Positions 17,942-26,792 of a stretch of DNA of 64,000 bases are shown here, piece by piece. Source of the stretch: Myxococcota bacterium (GTDB lineage: Bacteria > Myxococcota_A > UBA796 > CAJQPC01); the NCBI GenBank assembly GCA_036012755.1, contig DASCPX010000179.1, positions 1 to 64,000 of the forward strand. The letters run 5' to 3'. How positions within the stretch are numbered: the first letter of the stretch is position 1; every line of letters begins with the position of its first letter. The notes under the pieces were generated by a model that saw only the letters and a list, made by a program, of their open reading frames with translations, was not told the origin of the DNA and ran no database searches. The translations under genes were made by a program, and so were the position numbers.

Positions 17942-19851
17942 GTCTTCGAAGGCTTGAAGGCGCTGTAGACGACCCAGCGCCACTGGTCTCGAATTCGTCC
18001 AGAGGGCGTGATCTCGAAGGGATGGGCCCTCCGCACTTCGGCCGGCGCTTCGTGGTAGAGGCGACGGATCTCGTGACGCTGCAGCGACGGCGTCTCGTGG
18101 GTCTCGATCCAGGTGTCGATGTCCTCCCACACGGTGAGCTCGCTGGTCTCGATGTCTACGAAGCCGGCGTCCTCGAGCAGGCGAACGAGGTCTTCTGCCA
18201 GGAAGTTGTTGAAGAACAGGGGCTGCTTCTTCTTCACGATGCGGAAGAACCAGGGCGCGTCGACCGGGCCGTATGGCACCAGCTGGCCAAAGATGAACTG
18301 GCCACCGGGCCGCAGGACGCGGAAGACCTGGGCGACCGGACGCTCCGGGCGCGGGAGGAGGTGGAGGACCTCGCGGTTGCAGACGAGGTCGAAGCTGTCG
18401 TCCGGGAAGGGCATCTCGTAGACGTCGCCCTTCGTGACGTGGTCGAGCCGGGTCTCGGCGAGCGCGATCATCTCGGGCGTGAGGTCCAGGCCCTCGATGT
18501 GACCCACCTGTTCGCGGAAGCTGGCGCCGACGACCCCTGAGCCGCAGCAGATGTCGAGCACGCGGGCGTCCTCTGGCATCTTGCACATCGCGGCGTGGGC
18601 GGACAGCAGGTTCTCGTCTGTGAGCCACACGCAGCTGTCGTGCCAGTTCTTCGAGCGAATGCCGAACTGCTTCCGGTAGATCTCCTTGGAGAGCTTGGTG
18701 TCCACGGCCTGGTAGCGGGCGCGTTCGCTGGCCCTTCGCGCGGCGGCCCGAGCCCTGGAGGCCTCCAGCGCCTTGCCGACGATGGCGGCGGCTACGTCCG
18801 GGTGGGCCTCCATCCAGGCGTCGAGCTCCTTCTCGACCACCCTCTGTACCGCCGCGTGGGCGCCCCCGGATGACAGCATCGTCTTGGTCTGCCCCTCGAA
18901 CTGGGGCTCGGGGAGCGTCACCACCAGGACCGCGACCATGCCCTCGCGGATGTCGTGTCCGGCGATCTCCTCGTCGAGGTCGTCGCTGAGCAGACCCACC
19001 TTGCGCACGTAGCGGTCCACCGACCTCGTCAGCGCCGCCCGGAGCCCGGTGACGTGGGTCCCGCCGTGGCGTGTGTGGATGGTGTTGACGTAGCTGCGGA
19101 GTTCCTCGTGGTAGGTGCGCGTCCACATCAGCGCGACCTCGACCTCGACCTCGTCCCGAGCACCGGAGAGCCGAATCGGTTCCCGGTGCAGGGCGCGAGG
19201 GCCGGCGATGCGCTGGACGAAGCCGGCGACACCGCCCTCCTCCTCGTAGACCTGCTCCGTGCCATCCGGCAGGCTCAGCTCCAGGCGCAGGCCGGGGAGC
19301 AGGAAGGACCACTCTTCGAGGCGCCGGGCGATGGCGGCGAGGTCGACCGCGCCCTCCTCGAAGATCTGGGGGTCGGGGCGCCAGCGGACCACCGTCCCGT
19401 GGTGCTCGGTCGCGCCAAGGTCCTCGCAAGGAGAAGGGAGGCCACGCTGGTAGCGCTGCCGCACGTGCCGGCCCCGGTGGACCTCGACCTCCAGGACCTC
19501 TGAGAGGGCGTTCACGCAGGAGATTCCGACACCGTGGAGGCCGCCGCTGACCGTGTAGCCGCCAGCCTTGTCGAACTTCCCGCCCGAGTGCAGGGTCGTG
19601 AGGACGAGCTCGATCGACTCCAGCGGGATGCCGCGGCCATCGTCGATGACCGTGGTGGTCCCGTCGTGGTCCACCTCGACCCGGATGCGGGTGCAGAATC
19701 CGGCGAGGGCCTCGTCGATGCTGTTCTGGACGACCTCGAGCAGCAGGTGGAGCGCTCCGTCGGGCCCGGTGGAGCCGATGTACATGGCCGGGCGGTGGCG
19801 GACCGCCTCGAGTCCCCCGAGGACACGAATGGAGGTGGCGTCGTACCTCAA
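17917..19851 (-). CDS. GyrB-type GHKL ATPase/transducer fused to a class I SAM-dependent methyltransferase (644 aa)
   Basis: YDATSIRVL.GLEAVR.RP.MYIG, EVVQNSIDE, DDGRGIP, SGGLHGVG, EPQFEGQTK, then VLDICCGSG...FPDDSFD; no Toprim; TTG start overlaps the upstream stop. Confidence 0.88.
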   Translation of the reverse strand: MRYDATSIRVLGGLEAVRHRPAMYIGSTGPDGALHLLLEVVQNSIDEALAGFCTRIRVEVDHDGTTTVIDDGRGIPLESIELVLTTLHSGGKFDKAGGYTVSGGLHGVGISCVNALSEVLEVEVHRGRHVRQRYQRGLPSPCEDLGATEHHGTVVRWRPDPQIFEEGAVDLAAIARRLEEWSFLLPGLRLELSLPDGTEQVYEEEGGVAGFVQRIAGPRALHREPIRLSGARDEVEVEVALMWTRTYHEELRSYVNTIHTRHGGTHVTGLRAALTRSVDRYVRKVGLLSDDLDEEIAGHDIREGMVAVLVVTLPEPQFEGQTKTMLSSGGAHAAVQRVVEKELDAWMEAHPDVAAAIVGKALEASRARAAARRASERARYQAVDTKLSKEIYRKQFGIRSKNWHDSCVWLTDENLLSAHAAMCKMPEDARVLDICCGSGVVGASFREQVGHIEGLDLTPEMIALAETRLDHVTKGDVYEMPFPDDSFDLVCNREVLHLLPRPERPVAQVFRVLRPGGQFIFGQLVPYGPVDAPWFFRIVKKKQPLFFNNFLAEDLVRLLEDAGFVDIETSELTVWEDIDTWIETHETPSLQRHEIRRLYHEAPAEVRRAHPFEITPSGRIRDQWRWVVYSAFKPSKTQSSPNSQ

Positions 19852-20306
19852 TCCCTCAACTCCTTCGCGACAGCCTCGCAGCGGTCCGCGTGGGCTGCCT
19901 TGGCGACTGCGACCGACTCGAACCACGAGGCGATGTCGGGGAAGCCCTCCGCGTGGGCGGTGCGGGCGGCGTCCAGCAGGTCCTCTGTGGCCTCGACCCG
20001 GGCGGCGTCGCGCAGGGCGGCGAGGTTGTCGGCGGTCCCTCGCAGGACCCGGCCGGTCACAGGGTGGCCGGTCTTCTTCAGGAAGTCGAGGTGGCCCTCG
20101 GCGAAGAGCTCGGTGCCCTCCGAGAGCTCGTGCAGCGTGCCCGCGATCTCGTGGAAGCCCTCGATCTCGGCGATGCGAGCGAAGTAGGCATAGAGCACCG
20201 CCGCGCGCGCGTCGTTCGAGAAGAAGCGCCCCAGGCACTCGTGGGTGCGAGTTCCTCTGAGATCCGGGAGGCGACCCTTGGCGGCCTCCCGCGTGCGGTC
20301 GTCCAT
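19848..20306 (-). CDS. Degenerate rubrerythrin (ferritin-like) protein
   Basis: L.G.RT...L...F, YAYFA..A..EG, GHL.FL...G.P.TG, EGF..IA.WFE.....AHA pattern. Confidence 0.8.
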   Translation of the reverse strand: MDDRTREAAKGRLPDLRGTRTHECLGRFFSNDARAAVLYAYFARIAEIEGFHEIAGTLHELSEGTELFAEGHLDFLKKTGHPVTGRVLRGTADNLAALRDAARVEATEDLLDAARTAHAEGFPDIASWFESVAVAKAAHADRCEAVAKELRD

Positions 20307-20313
20307 CGTGGTT

Positions 20314-22014
20314 CTACTTCGCTGCTGTCGTCAGCTGCTTGGCGCCGCAGTCCATGAGGGCGGAGCCGATCGCGGCCTGCTCGGGGGTCCCGCAGTTCTC
20401 GAGCGTGAAGCGCTCCGAGCCCGGCGCGAGGTAGGGGGCGCCGGAGGAGAACTCGGCCCGCCAGCCCTCGCCGGCATAGTCGACGGAGTTCTGCAGACCA
20501 TCATCCGGGTTCCCGGCGTGGTACTCGAAGTGCTCTGGCCAGTGCTCGAAGTCCATCACCGGACCGGGGCAGTAGGCGTCGTAGACCCGCTTGTAGGCGC
20601 GACGGCTCACCTCCTCGGGGAGGCCGTTGTAGTTGAGGAACTCGTCCTCGAGCAGCGCCTGCTCGATGCTGAGCCAGTTGAGATGGTCCACCTCGGACTT
20701 GATGATCCCGTCGCGGAGGCCGTTGTTGTAGATCGACGTCCCAGGCATCGCCGAGAGGTACTTCACGCGGGTGATGTGGTTGTTCTCCTCGGCCCAGGTG
20801 GCGACGTGGTCGAGGCTCTCCTCCGTCTCCCCCGGCAGGCCGACGATGATCAGCGCGCCGTAGCGCAGATCCGCCTCGTAGGTCTTCCTCAAGGAGCGGA
20901 CGGTGATGTTCTCGCTGTTGCCCTTCCGGGCCTCCTTGAGGATGTTCTGGCCCAGGGACTCGACGCCGTAGAGCACGATGTCGCAGCCCGACTTCTTCAT
21001 CGCGGTGAGGCGCTCTGTGTCGACGTCTGAGCAGCGGGTCAGGCAGGTCCAGCGCAGGTCGTGGTCCTGGATGACCTCGCAGATCTCGACGGTCTGGCGC
21101 TTCTGGCTCGTGAAGGTCAGGTCGACGAAGAAGACGAACTCCGTGCCGTACTGCTCCTTCATCCAGCGCAGGTCGCGGTCGAGCTTCTCTGGAGACTTCG
21201 CCCGGACCTGCGGTGTCGTCCGGTAGCAGAAGCTGCAGTCCATCCTGCAGCCGCGGGAGTAGCTAGCGATGACCTGTGGCTGCAGCCCGCGGGGGTCGTT
21301 GGCTTGCGGCCAGAGATCCAGGCGCATCCGGGGAAGGCTGTCGAGGTCCATCATCTGGCCACGCGGGACCGTGCGCAGCATCTGGCCCTCGGGCCCGCGG
21401 AAGGCGATGCCGCGGATCGACGCGAGCTCCCGCGACCAGGCGCCGCGGCGGAAGCTGTCCATGACCTCGAGGATCGTGAGCTCGCCCTCGGACAGCACGG
21501 CCACGTCGACACCGCACCGGGCGAAGAAGGTCTCCGGAACGCTGGTGACCAGCGATCCGCCGAGCACGACCGGGACCTTCGGCAGCTCCGTCTTGCAGAG
21601 GTCCACGAAGGCGCAGACCCAGGGGAAGTTGTCCTCGAAGGTCGCCACACCGACCACGTCGACGCGTTCTCGCTTCAGCGCCTCCCAGGCCTCCCTCATC
21701 GGATCGACGGCGTAGCGGACGTCGATGATGCGGACCGGGTAGCCGGCGTTGTGGAGGACGGTGGAGATGTAGGCGATGCCCTCGTACGGAGAGGTCAGGA
21801 AGAACTCCCACCCCCGAGGCATCGAGAAGGGCGATGGTCCGACGACGAGGGCGATGGCGGGCTTGCCCGTGTCCGTAGAGATGGGGCTCTCGTCCTGGTC
21901 GCGCATCATGCGCATGAGGTGGGCGTCGACCGAGGACACGGCGTCCGTGTACAGCTCCGGGGCCAGGGATGGCTTTCGCGCCACGCGCACCTCCGCAGGC
22001 AGGTGGGAGCCCAC
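20314..22014 (-). CDS. B12-binding-domain radical SAM protein (start uncertain)
   Basis: PYEGIAYISTVL, VVLGG, EGE, SRGCRMDCSFC (CxxxCxxC), FVDLTF, GVES, IVGLPGET. Confidence 0.92.
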   Translation of the reverse strand: MGSHLPAEVRVARKPSLAPELYTDAVSSVDAHLMRMMRDQDESPISTDTGKPAIALVVGPSPFSMPRGWEFFLTSPYEGIAYISTVLHNAGYPVRIIDVRYAVDPMREAWEALKRERVDVVGVATFEDNFPWVCAFVDLCKTELPKVPVVLGGSLVTSVPETFFARCGVDVAVLSEGELTILEVMDSFRRGAWSRELASIRGIAFRGPEGQMLRTVPRGQMMDLDSLPRMRLDLWPQANDPRGLQPQVIASYSRGCRMDCSFCYRTTPQVRAKSPEKLDRDLRWMKEQYGTEFVFFVDLTFTSQKRQTVEICEVIQDHDLRWTCLTRCSDVDTERLTAMKKSGCDIVLYGVESLGQNILKEARKGNSENITVRSLRKTYEADLRYGALIIVGLPGETEESLDHVATWAEENNHITRVKYLSAMPGTSIYNNGLRDGIIKSEVDHLNWLSIEQALLEDEFLNYNGLPEEVSRRAYKRVYDAYCPGPVMDFEHWPEHFEYHAGNPDDGLQNSVDYAGEGWRAEFSSGAPYLAPGSERFTLENCGTPEQAAIGSALMDCGAKQLTTAAK

Positions 22015-22090
22015 ATCCTAACGCGTCGAGGTCGTGGGACGGCGTCAACAGGCTCTCGGAGACGTTAGGCGCCGTCCCTGGAGGATCCCC

Positions 22091-22831
22091 ATGAAGTCCG
22101 ATGGTGCCGATGTCCGCGCCCACTTCACTGCCCGCGCTGCGCACTACGACCGGAGCTCGAACTGGTGCACCGACGACACCCTCGCCGAGGCTACCTGGCG
22201 GTATGCGGCGGCGAAGGCGGACCATCGAGTCCTCGATGTCGCCTGCGGGACCGGCCTGGTGTCGCGAGTGTTCAAGGGACGAGTGAGCGAGATCGTCGGC
22301 GTGGACATCACGCCGGCCATGTACGAGCAGGCGGAACCTCACCTCGATCGCTTCGTCGAAGGCGCTGGCGAGGACCTCCCCTTCGCCGCTGACAGCTTCG
22401 ATCGCGTCGTCTGCCGGCAGGGCACGCAGTTCATGGACGACGCCGCGGCGGTGAGAGAGATGGCCCGCGTGGTGAAGCCAGGCGGTCGTGTCGTGGTCAT
22501 CAACCTCTGCGCCTACGGCGAGCGGGACCGTGACGAGTACTTCGAGGTCCTGCGGTTGCGGAACCCAGCGCGGCGGAACTTCTACATGCGCGAGGATCTC
22601 GTCCACCTCTTCGAGGATGCCGGACTGTCGGTGGATGTCCACGACTTCGTCATCGAAGAGGACGTCGACGCCTGGGCGGACAACAAGGCCATCGGAGCAG
22701 ACCGCCGCGACGGCATCCGCGAGATCTACCGGAACGCCTCGCCGGCCTTCGCCGCGCACCATGCCGTCGAGTTCGACGGCGGGCGGATTCTGGACAGAAT
22801 GTTGTTTGGAATCGCCGTGGGCGACAAGTAG
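22091..22831 (+). CDS. Class I SAM-dependent methyltransferase (UbiE/Methyltransf_11-like)
   Basis: GGAGG RBS; VLDVACGTG, LPFAADSFD, EMARVVKPGG. Confidence 0.92.
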   Translation: MKSDGADVRAHFTARAAHYDRSSNWCTDDTLAEATWRYAAAKADHRVLDVACGTGLVSRVFKGRVSEIVGVDITPAMYEQAEPHLDRFVEGAGEDLPFAADSFDRVVCRQGTQFMDDAAAVREMARVVKPGGRVVVINLCAYGERDRDEYFEVLRLRNPARRNFYMREDLVHLFEDAGLSVDVHDFVIEEDVDAWADNKAIGADRRDGIREIYRNASPAFAAHHAVEFDGGRILDRMLFGIAVGDK

Positions 22832-22864
22832 CGGCTAACCTTCATCCGCGTCCCGGAGGCTCTC

Positions 22865-23872
22865 TTGATCGCGCTCTTCCTCGCCTGCCAGACCCCCACG
22901 ACACAGCCAGAGGTCGAGATCGCGCCCGTCGAGCCAGCGGCCAAGGGCACGACGATGCTCGCCATCAACTTCCCGGTGCAGGAGCAGCGCCTCGTCGAGC
23001 TCGACGCGGAGGGCGAGGTCGTCTGGCAGTTCGTGGTCGGCGACGAGCTGACCTTCAATGGCGACGGGGAGTTGCCGGGGCTGTTGTCCTCGATGGAGGT
23101 CCTGCCGTCCGGCAACGTGCTCTTCACGGTGTTCCTGGTCGGCGTCTTCGAGATCGATCGTGAGGGCGAGATCGTCTGGGAGCACCGGGATCCGGGCGCC
23201 AGCCACGACGTGGACCGACTGGCCAATGGCAACACGCTCTACGCGCGCACCTGGGCAGAAAAAGGCGAGCCCCAGGTCGTCGAGATCGACCCGGAGGGCG
23301 AGGTCGTCTGGAGCTGGGACGGCCTCTCGGCATACGGCGACCACATGGTCTTTGGTGACGTCACCGACGAGGCGGGCGGCTGGATGCACGTCAACGACGT
23401 CGCCCGCGCCGAGGACGGGACGACCATGGTCGTCATCCGCAACTTCAACAAGATCGTCCACCTCGACGACGCCGGCGCCGTGGTCGATGTCTTCACCTTC
23501 CGCAGCCAGGCCGGCGTCTTCGACATCAGCACGCGCGGCCCTGTCGACGGCGAGCGCCCGCACGGCGTCGAGTGGCTCGGTGCCCATCACTTCGTCGCCG
23601 CGACGAGGCGCCCGCATCGCATCGTCGAGGTCAATGGTCGTGACATCGTCTGGAGCTACACGGACGCGCGCCTGGCCGGCATCCGCGACGTCGACCGCCT
23701 GCCCGACGGCAACACGCTGCTGGTGGCGGCCGAAGAGGTCGTCGAGCTCGACGACAGCGGCGCGGTGGTGTGGGAGTGGACCCTCCTGACGGAGGGGTTG
23801 CCAGAGGACATCAACCCGATCCCGGCGATCAGCCGCATCGCAGCTGACGGCACGGTGCTGGACAGGGACTAG
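22865..23872 (+). CDS. Arylsulfotransferase-like beta-propeller lipoprotein
   Basis: MIALFLAC; repeated EID.EGEVVW, HDVDRLANGNTL, WMHVNDV. Confidence 0.7.
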   Translation: MIALFLACQTPTTQPEVEIAPVEPAAKGTTMLAINFPVQEQRLVELDAEGEVVWQFVVGDELTFNGDGELPGLLSSMEVLPSGNVLFTVFLVGVFEIDREGEIVWEHRDPGASHDVDRLANGNTLYARTWAEKGEPQVVEIDPEGEVVWSWDGLSAYGDHMVFGDVTDEAGGWMHVNDVARAEDGTTMVVIRNFNKIVHLDDAGAVVDVFTFRSQAGVFDISTRGPVDGERPHGVEWLGAHHFVAATRRPHRIVEVNGRDIVWSYTDARLAGIRDVDRLPDGNTLLVAAEEVVELDDSGAVVWEWTLLTEGLPEDINPIPAISRIAADGTVLDRD

Positions 23873-23924
23873 TTCCCGCAATCCGAGGTCCCGAACCTCG
23901 TCCACCGTCTCGTTGCGGGAACTA
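23870..23924. repeat. 55-bp element with perfect 12-bp terminal inverted repeats (MITE-like)
   Basis: TAGTTCCCGCAA ... TTGCGGGAACTA, with internal CGAGGT/ACCTCG hairpin. Confidence 0.7.
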
Positions 23925-23959
23925 CGGCACGCGAAGCGGGCCGCCGGGGGGGCGCCGAC

Positions 23960-24116
23960 GGCGCGGGGGGCGGGGCCCCCCAGAGGAGGAAACGAGTGCC
24001 CCCAGCGCCGCGAAGCGGCGGGCGCCCAGCGCCATCGGGAGTCGCGTTGCGACTTCCGATCGGGGGTACTAGACAGCCCGGGGCACCGTTGTTTCCCGTG
24101 GGGGCCCCGCCGCGCC
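23960..24116. repeat. Long imperfect nested palindrome (REP/MITE-like)
   Basis: GGCGGGGCCCCC..AAACGAGTGCCCC pairs with GGGGCACCGTTGTTT..GGGGGCCCCGCC; inner ATCGGGAGTCGC/GCGACTTCCGAT. Confidence 0.65.
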
Positions 24117-24964
24117 TAGCCGAGGACGTAGGCCAGGCGCACGCGACCGGTGTAGATGTGGCCGGCTCCCAGGGCGCGCTTCTCTGCGTCGAAGCTGGGC
24201 AGCGCTGCGTGGAACTCGCCAGCCAGCTGGATCCTCTCCCTCAGGGTCGCCTGGGCTCCGAGGCTGGTGGTCATGCCCACGTAGGGGGCGGTGTTGTTCG
24301 CCAGGTAGGCGTCGTCAGCGACGACGAAGAAGGTCGAGACGTCCTGGACACCGACCGAGAGGTAGGGCTCCACGCGGCCGAGGTCGTAGCCGACCATGCC
24401 GTCGAGCCCGAGGCTCGCCGCGCTGTAGAAGTCCTCGTAGACAGGATCCTCGGGATCGAAGGGGGCGGCGATCTCGCCGACGGTCTTTTGCAGCGTGTGG
24501 TGGTAGCGCAGCCCCACCGACAGCCCGCTGTCCATGGGGATCCCAACGCCAATCTCGCCGGAGAGGATCACGTTTCGCGTGCCCGCCACCGGCAGAGGGG
24601 GCACGTAGCCGAGGGTGCCGTAGACAACGGCCGGACCGAGCTCGGGCATGGCGAAGCTCAGTCGGAAGCGCGGAGCTGCGGGGGTCTTGTTCGGGTCTTC
24701 CGTCTTCTCGCCGTCCAGGACGAGTCGACGCGAGCAGGACAGCGGCGGAATGCCGAGGACCTCGACACCGATGGCGCTGGTTCCGGGCTCGTGTGGAACC
24801 GGGGCGTGGACGGCAGAGAAGCTGGTGGCCAGCGCCGGGTAGTTCTGGAGGAAGTTCTGCTGCCCGGTCTCCTCGAGCGCGGGCTGCTCGATGAGCTCGC
24901 CGGAGTCGTCGAGGCAGGCGGGATCAACAGAAGCAAGGGCCTGAGAGGCCATGAGCAGGAGCAT
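24116..24964 (-). CDS. Secreted, probable outer-membrane beta-barrel protein
   Basis: MLLLMASQALA signal; amphipathic strands, ends RVRLAYVLG. Confidence 0.7.
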   Translation of the reverse strand: MLLLMASQALASVDPACLDDSGELIEQPALEETGQQNFLQNYPALATSFSAVHAPVPHEPGTSAIGVEVLGIPPLSCSRRLVLDGEKTEDPNKTPAAPRFRLSFAMPELGPAVVYGTLGYVPPLPVAGTRNVILSGEIGVGIPMDSGLSVGLRYHHTLQKTVGEIAAPFDPEDPVYEDFYSAASLGLDGMVGYDLGRVEPYLSVGVQDVSTFFVVADDAYLANNTAPYVGMTTSLGAQATLRERIQLAGEFHAALPSFDAEKRALGAGHIYTGRVRLAYVLG

Positions 24965-25785
24965 CAGTCGCAGTCCTCCGATGCAGCACCGGCGGTGATC
25001 CAGTCGTGCACGGTCTGGATCTCCTCGTCGGCGAGCTTGTCGTAGCCAGGGGCGGGCATGACATCGCCCTCGTCGTCTCCCAGGGTGTGGCTGAGTTTGC
25101 GGTACATCAGCGAGGCCTCCGGATAGCCGGGGACGACGAGGATGGCGCCCACCACGACCTGGGATGGGGCTTGGTACAGCGCGGTGTAGGGGTCTGTCTC
25201 GAGATCGATGTAGCTGTAGTCGGGGCCGGCGAACGAGTCGTGGCAGTCCGTGCAGCTCCCCGAGCCCCCGATGATGTCGGCGACCGCACACCAGCTCCCG
25301 GGGACATCGGTGTCGGTGTCCGCGTCGGTGTCGGCGTCGGTGTCCGCGTCGGTGTCCGCGTCGGTGTCCGCGTCGCCCTCTGAGCAGTCGCCGCTGGCGC
25401 CCTCGTCGATCCACCGTCCGACGAGGTCGATCTTGGCCTGGGGCAGCTGGCTTGGCGGGGGCATGCTTCCGCCGTCTTCCTGAGTGCCGCTCAACTTCGC
25501 CCAGAGCAGCGAGTCCTCCTTGTTGCCCGGAGTGACGAGGACCACGCCATAGACCCCGGTCACGTCGACGGTGGCCCCGTGGGGGTCGGTCTCCAGGTCG
25601 AGACCGGACTGCGCGGTCGCGGCGTCGTGGCAGGAGCTGAGACAGCTCTCGGTGAAGATCTGTTCCACACCGCAGAACCCCTCCTCGACCGGGTCACCAC
25701 CGGTGTCGGGCAAGGGGCCGAAGAAGGTGTCGTCGCAGGCGGTGAGCACGATAAGCCCCCCCGCGACCAGGAGCCTCGGGCGCAT
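24964..25785 (-). CDS. Two-domain c-type cytochrome-like lipoprotein
   Basis: VLTAC lipobox; CLSSCH and CTDCH each followed by LDL..DP..V.PG...SL..KL...MP; DADT linker. Confidence 0.8.
   Translation of the reverse strand: MRPRLLVAGGLIVLTACDDTFFGPLPDTGGDPVEEGFCGVEQIFTESCLSSCHDAATAQSGLDLETDPHGATVDVTGVYGVVLVTPGNKEDSLLWAKLSGTQEDGGSMPPPSQLPQAKIDLVGRWIDEGASGDCSEGDADTDADTDADTDADTDADTDTDVPGSWCAVADIIGGSGSCTDCHDSFAGPDYSYIDLETDPYTALYQAPSQVVVGAILVVPGYPEASLMYRKLSHTLGDDEGDVMPAPGYDKLADEEIQTVHDWITAGAASEDCD
25307..25374. repeat. 12-bp tandem repeat encoding the DADT linker
   Basis: (GTCGGTGTCCGC)n. Confidence 0.85.
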
Positions 25786-25854
25786 GGGAATCTCCATCTG
25801 AGCGGGACTCTAGCACGCAAGCCAGCAGGTCGGACGCGGGCTACCTTGGGGAGC

Positions 25855-26388
25855 ATGTTCCTGCTCATCGCCTGTGCCCAGCCTCAGCCGAACGACTCCG
25901 ACTCCGGGCCTGAGACGCCTGTGCGCTCGGCCAGCGCGAGCATCTCGGTGAGCTCGGGCGACTCCAAGACCGTGACGGACCCGGACGGGGCGGAGGGCCC
26001 GGGCAACGTGACGGACGCGGGCCACATCGAGCAGGCCATCTACGACATCCGGGAGTCGTTGCTCGGCGACCACATCGAGGTGACGCTCGAGGGCACCTCA
26101 GCCGGCGTGGGCCCGGGCGACACCTGCCGGGACTTCGACAACCAGGTCGACAGCGTGGGCGGCTGCGACTGGTTCTCCCTCGGCTCGGGCGAGCTGACGA
26201 GCTCTGGCGGAGACACGCTCTACACTTCCGGACAGTGGACCGAGGCCGGCGGCACCTTGGAGGTGACCGGGCTGCGCACCGACGACTCCGGCACCTACAT
26301 CAGCTTCGAGTTCGAGATGGCGCTCGTCACGGCCAACGCCGAGGCCACCGTGACCGGCGAGGTCGTCGACGCCTGGATCACGCCCTGA
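25855..26388 (+). CDS. Hypothetical lipoprotein
   Basis: MFLLIAC; coding-like codon use. Confidence 0.75.
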   Translation: MFLLIACAQPQPNDSDSGPETPVRSASASISVSSGDSKTVTDPDGAEGPGNVTDAGHIEQAIYDIRESLLGDHIEVTLEGTSAGVGPGDTCRDFDNQVDSVGGCDWFSLGSGELTSSGGDTLYTSGQWTEAGGTLEVTGLRTDDSGTYISFEFEMALVTANAEATVTGEVVDAWITP

Positions 26389-26397
26389 GCTGCTGTC

Positions 26398-26634
26398 TCA
26401 ACTCTTGACGAGGACCAGCAGGCCCTCGATCTGGCGGGCCTCTGCGCCGTCCTCGACGCCCACCGCGTCATGCCCGAAGCGGGTGAGGCGCCGCAGGAGG
26501 GTCTTCCGGACGAGCGCCTCGTCCTCCACGAGGAGGATCCGCCCCCGCGCCCTTCGAGTCTCCTGGTCAGAGTCTGCGGGCCGCGGCGTCCCTCCGTCGG
26601 GCTCGGGCTTCTTTTCCGCCAGGAGCATCGCCAC
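26398..26634 (-). pseudogene. Response-regulator receiver-domain fragment
   Basis: RILLVEDEALVR..L...L...G..V..VEDG.EA, ends before the phosphoacceptor Asp. Confidence 0.55.
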
Positions 26635-26718
26635 ATGGTCGCACTTGGAAGCCGATCGAGCGAGCCCAATCCGACCTCTACGTGCCGATGTCGCCCATCG
26701 CGATTAGTTCGCCCTCAT

Positions 26719-26792
26719 CGGGGAGTAGCTCAGTCTGGTAGAGCGGGAGCTTTGGGAGCTTCAGGCCGCAGGTTCGAATCCTGTTTCCCCGA
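26719..26792 (+). tRNA. tRNA-Pro (TGG), CCA not encoded
   Basis: CGGGGAG/TTCCCCG acceptor stem, AGCTCAGTCTGGTAGAGC D-arm, GGAGC-TTTGGGA-GCTTC anticodon arm, GGTTCGAATCC T-arm. Confidence 0.96.

Noticed and set aside
17917..19851. Calling this gene gyrB or parE
   Set aside because: No Toprim or C-terminal domain, so it cannot be a functional topoisomerase subunit
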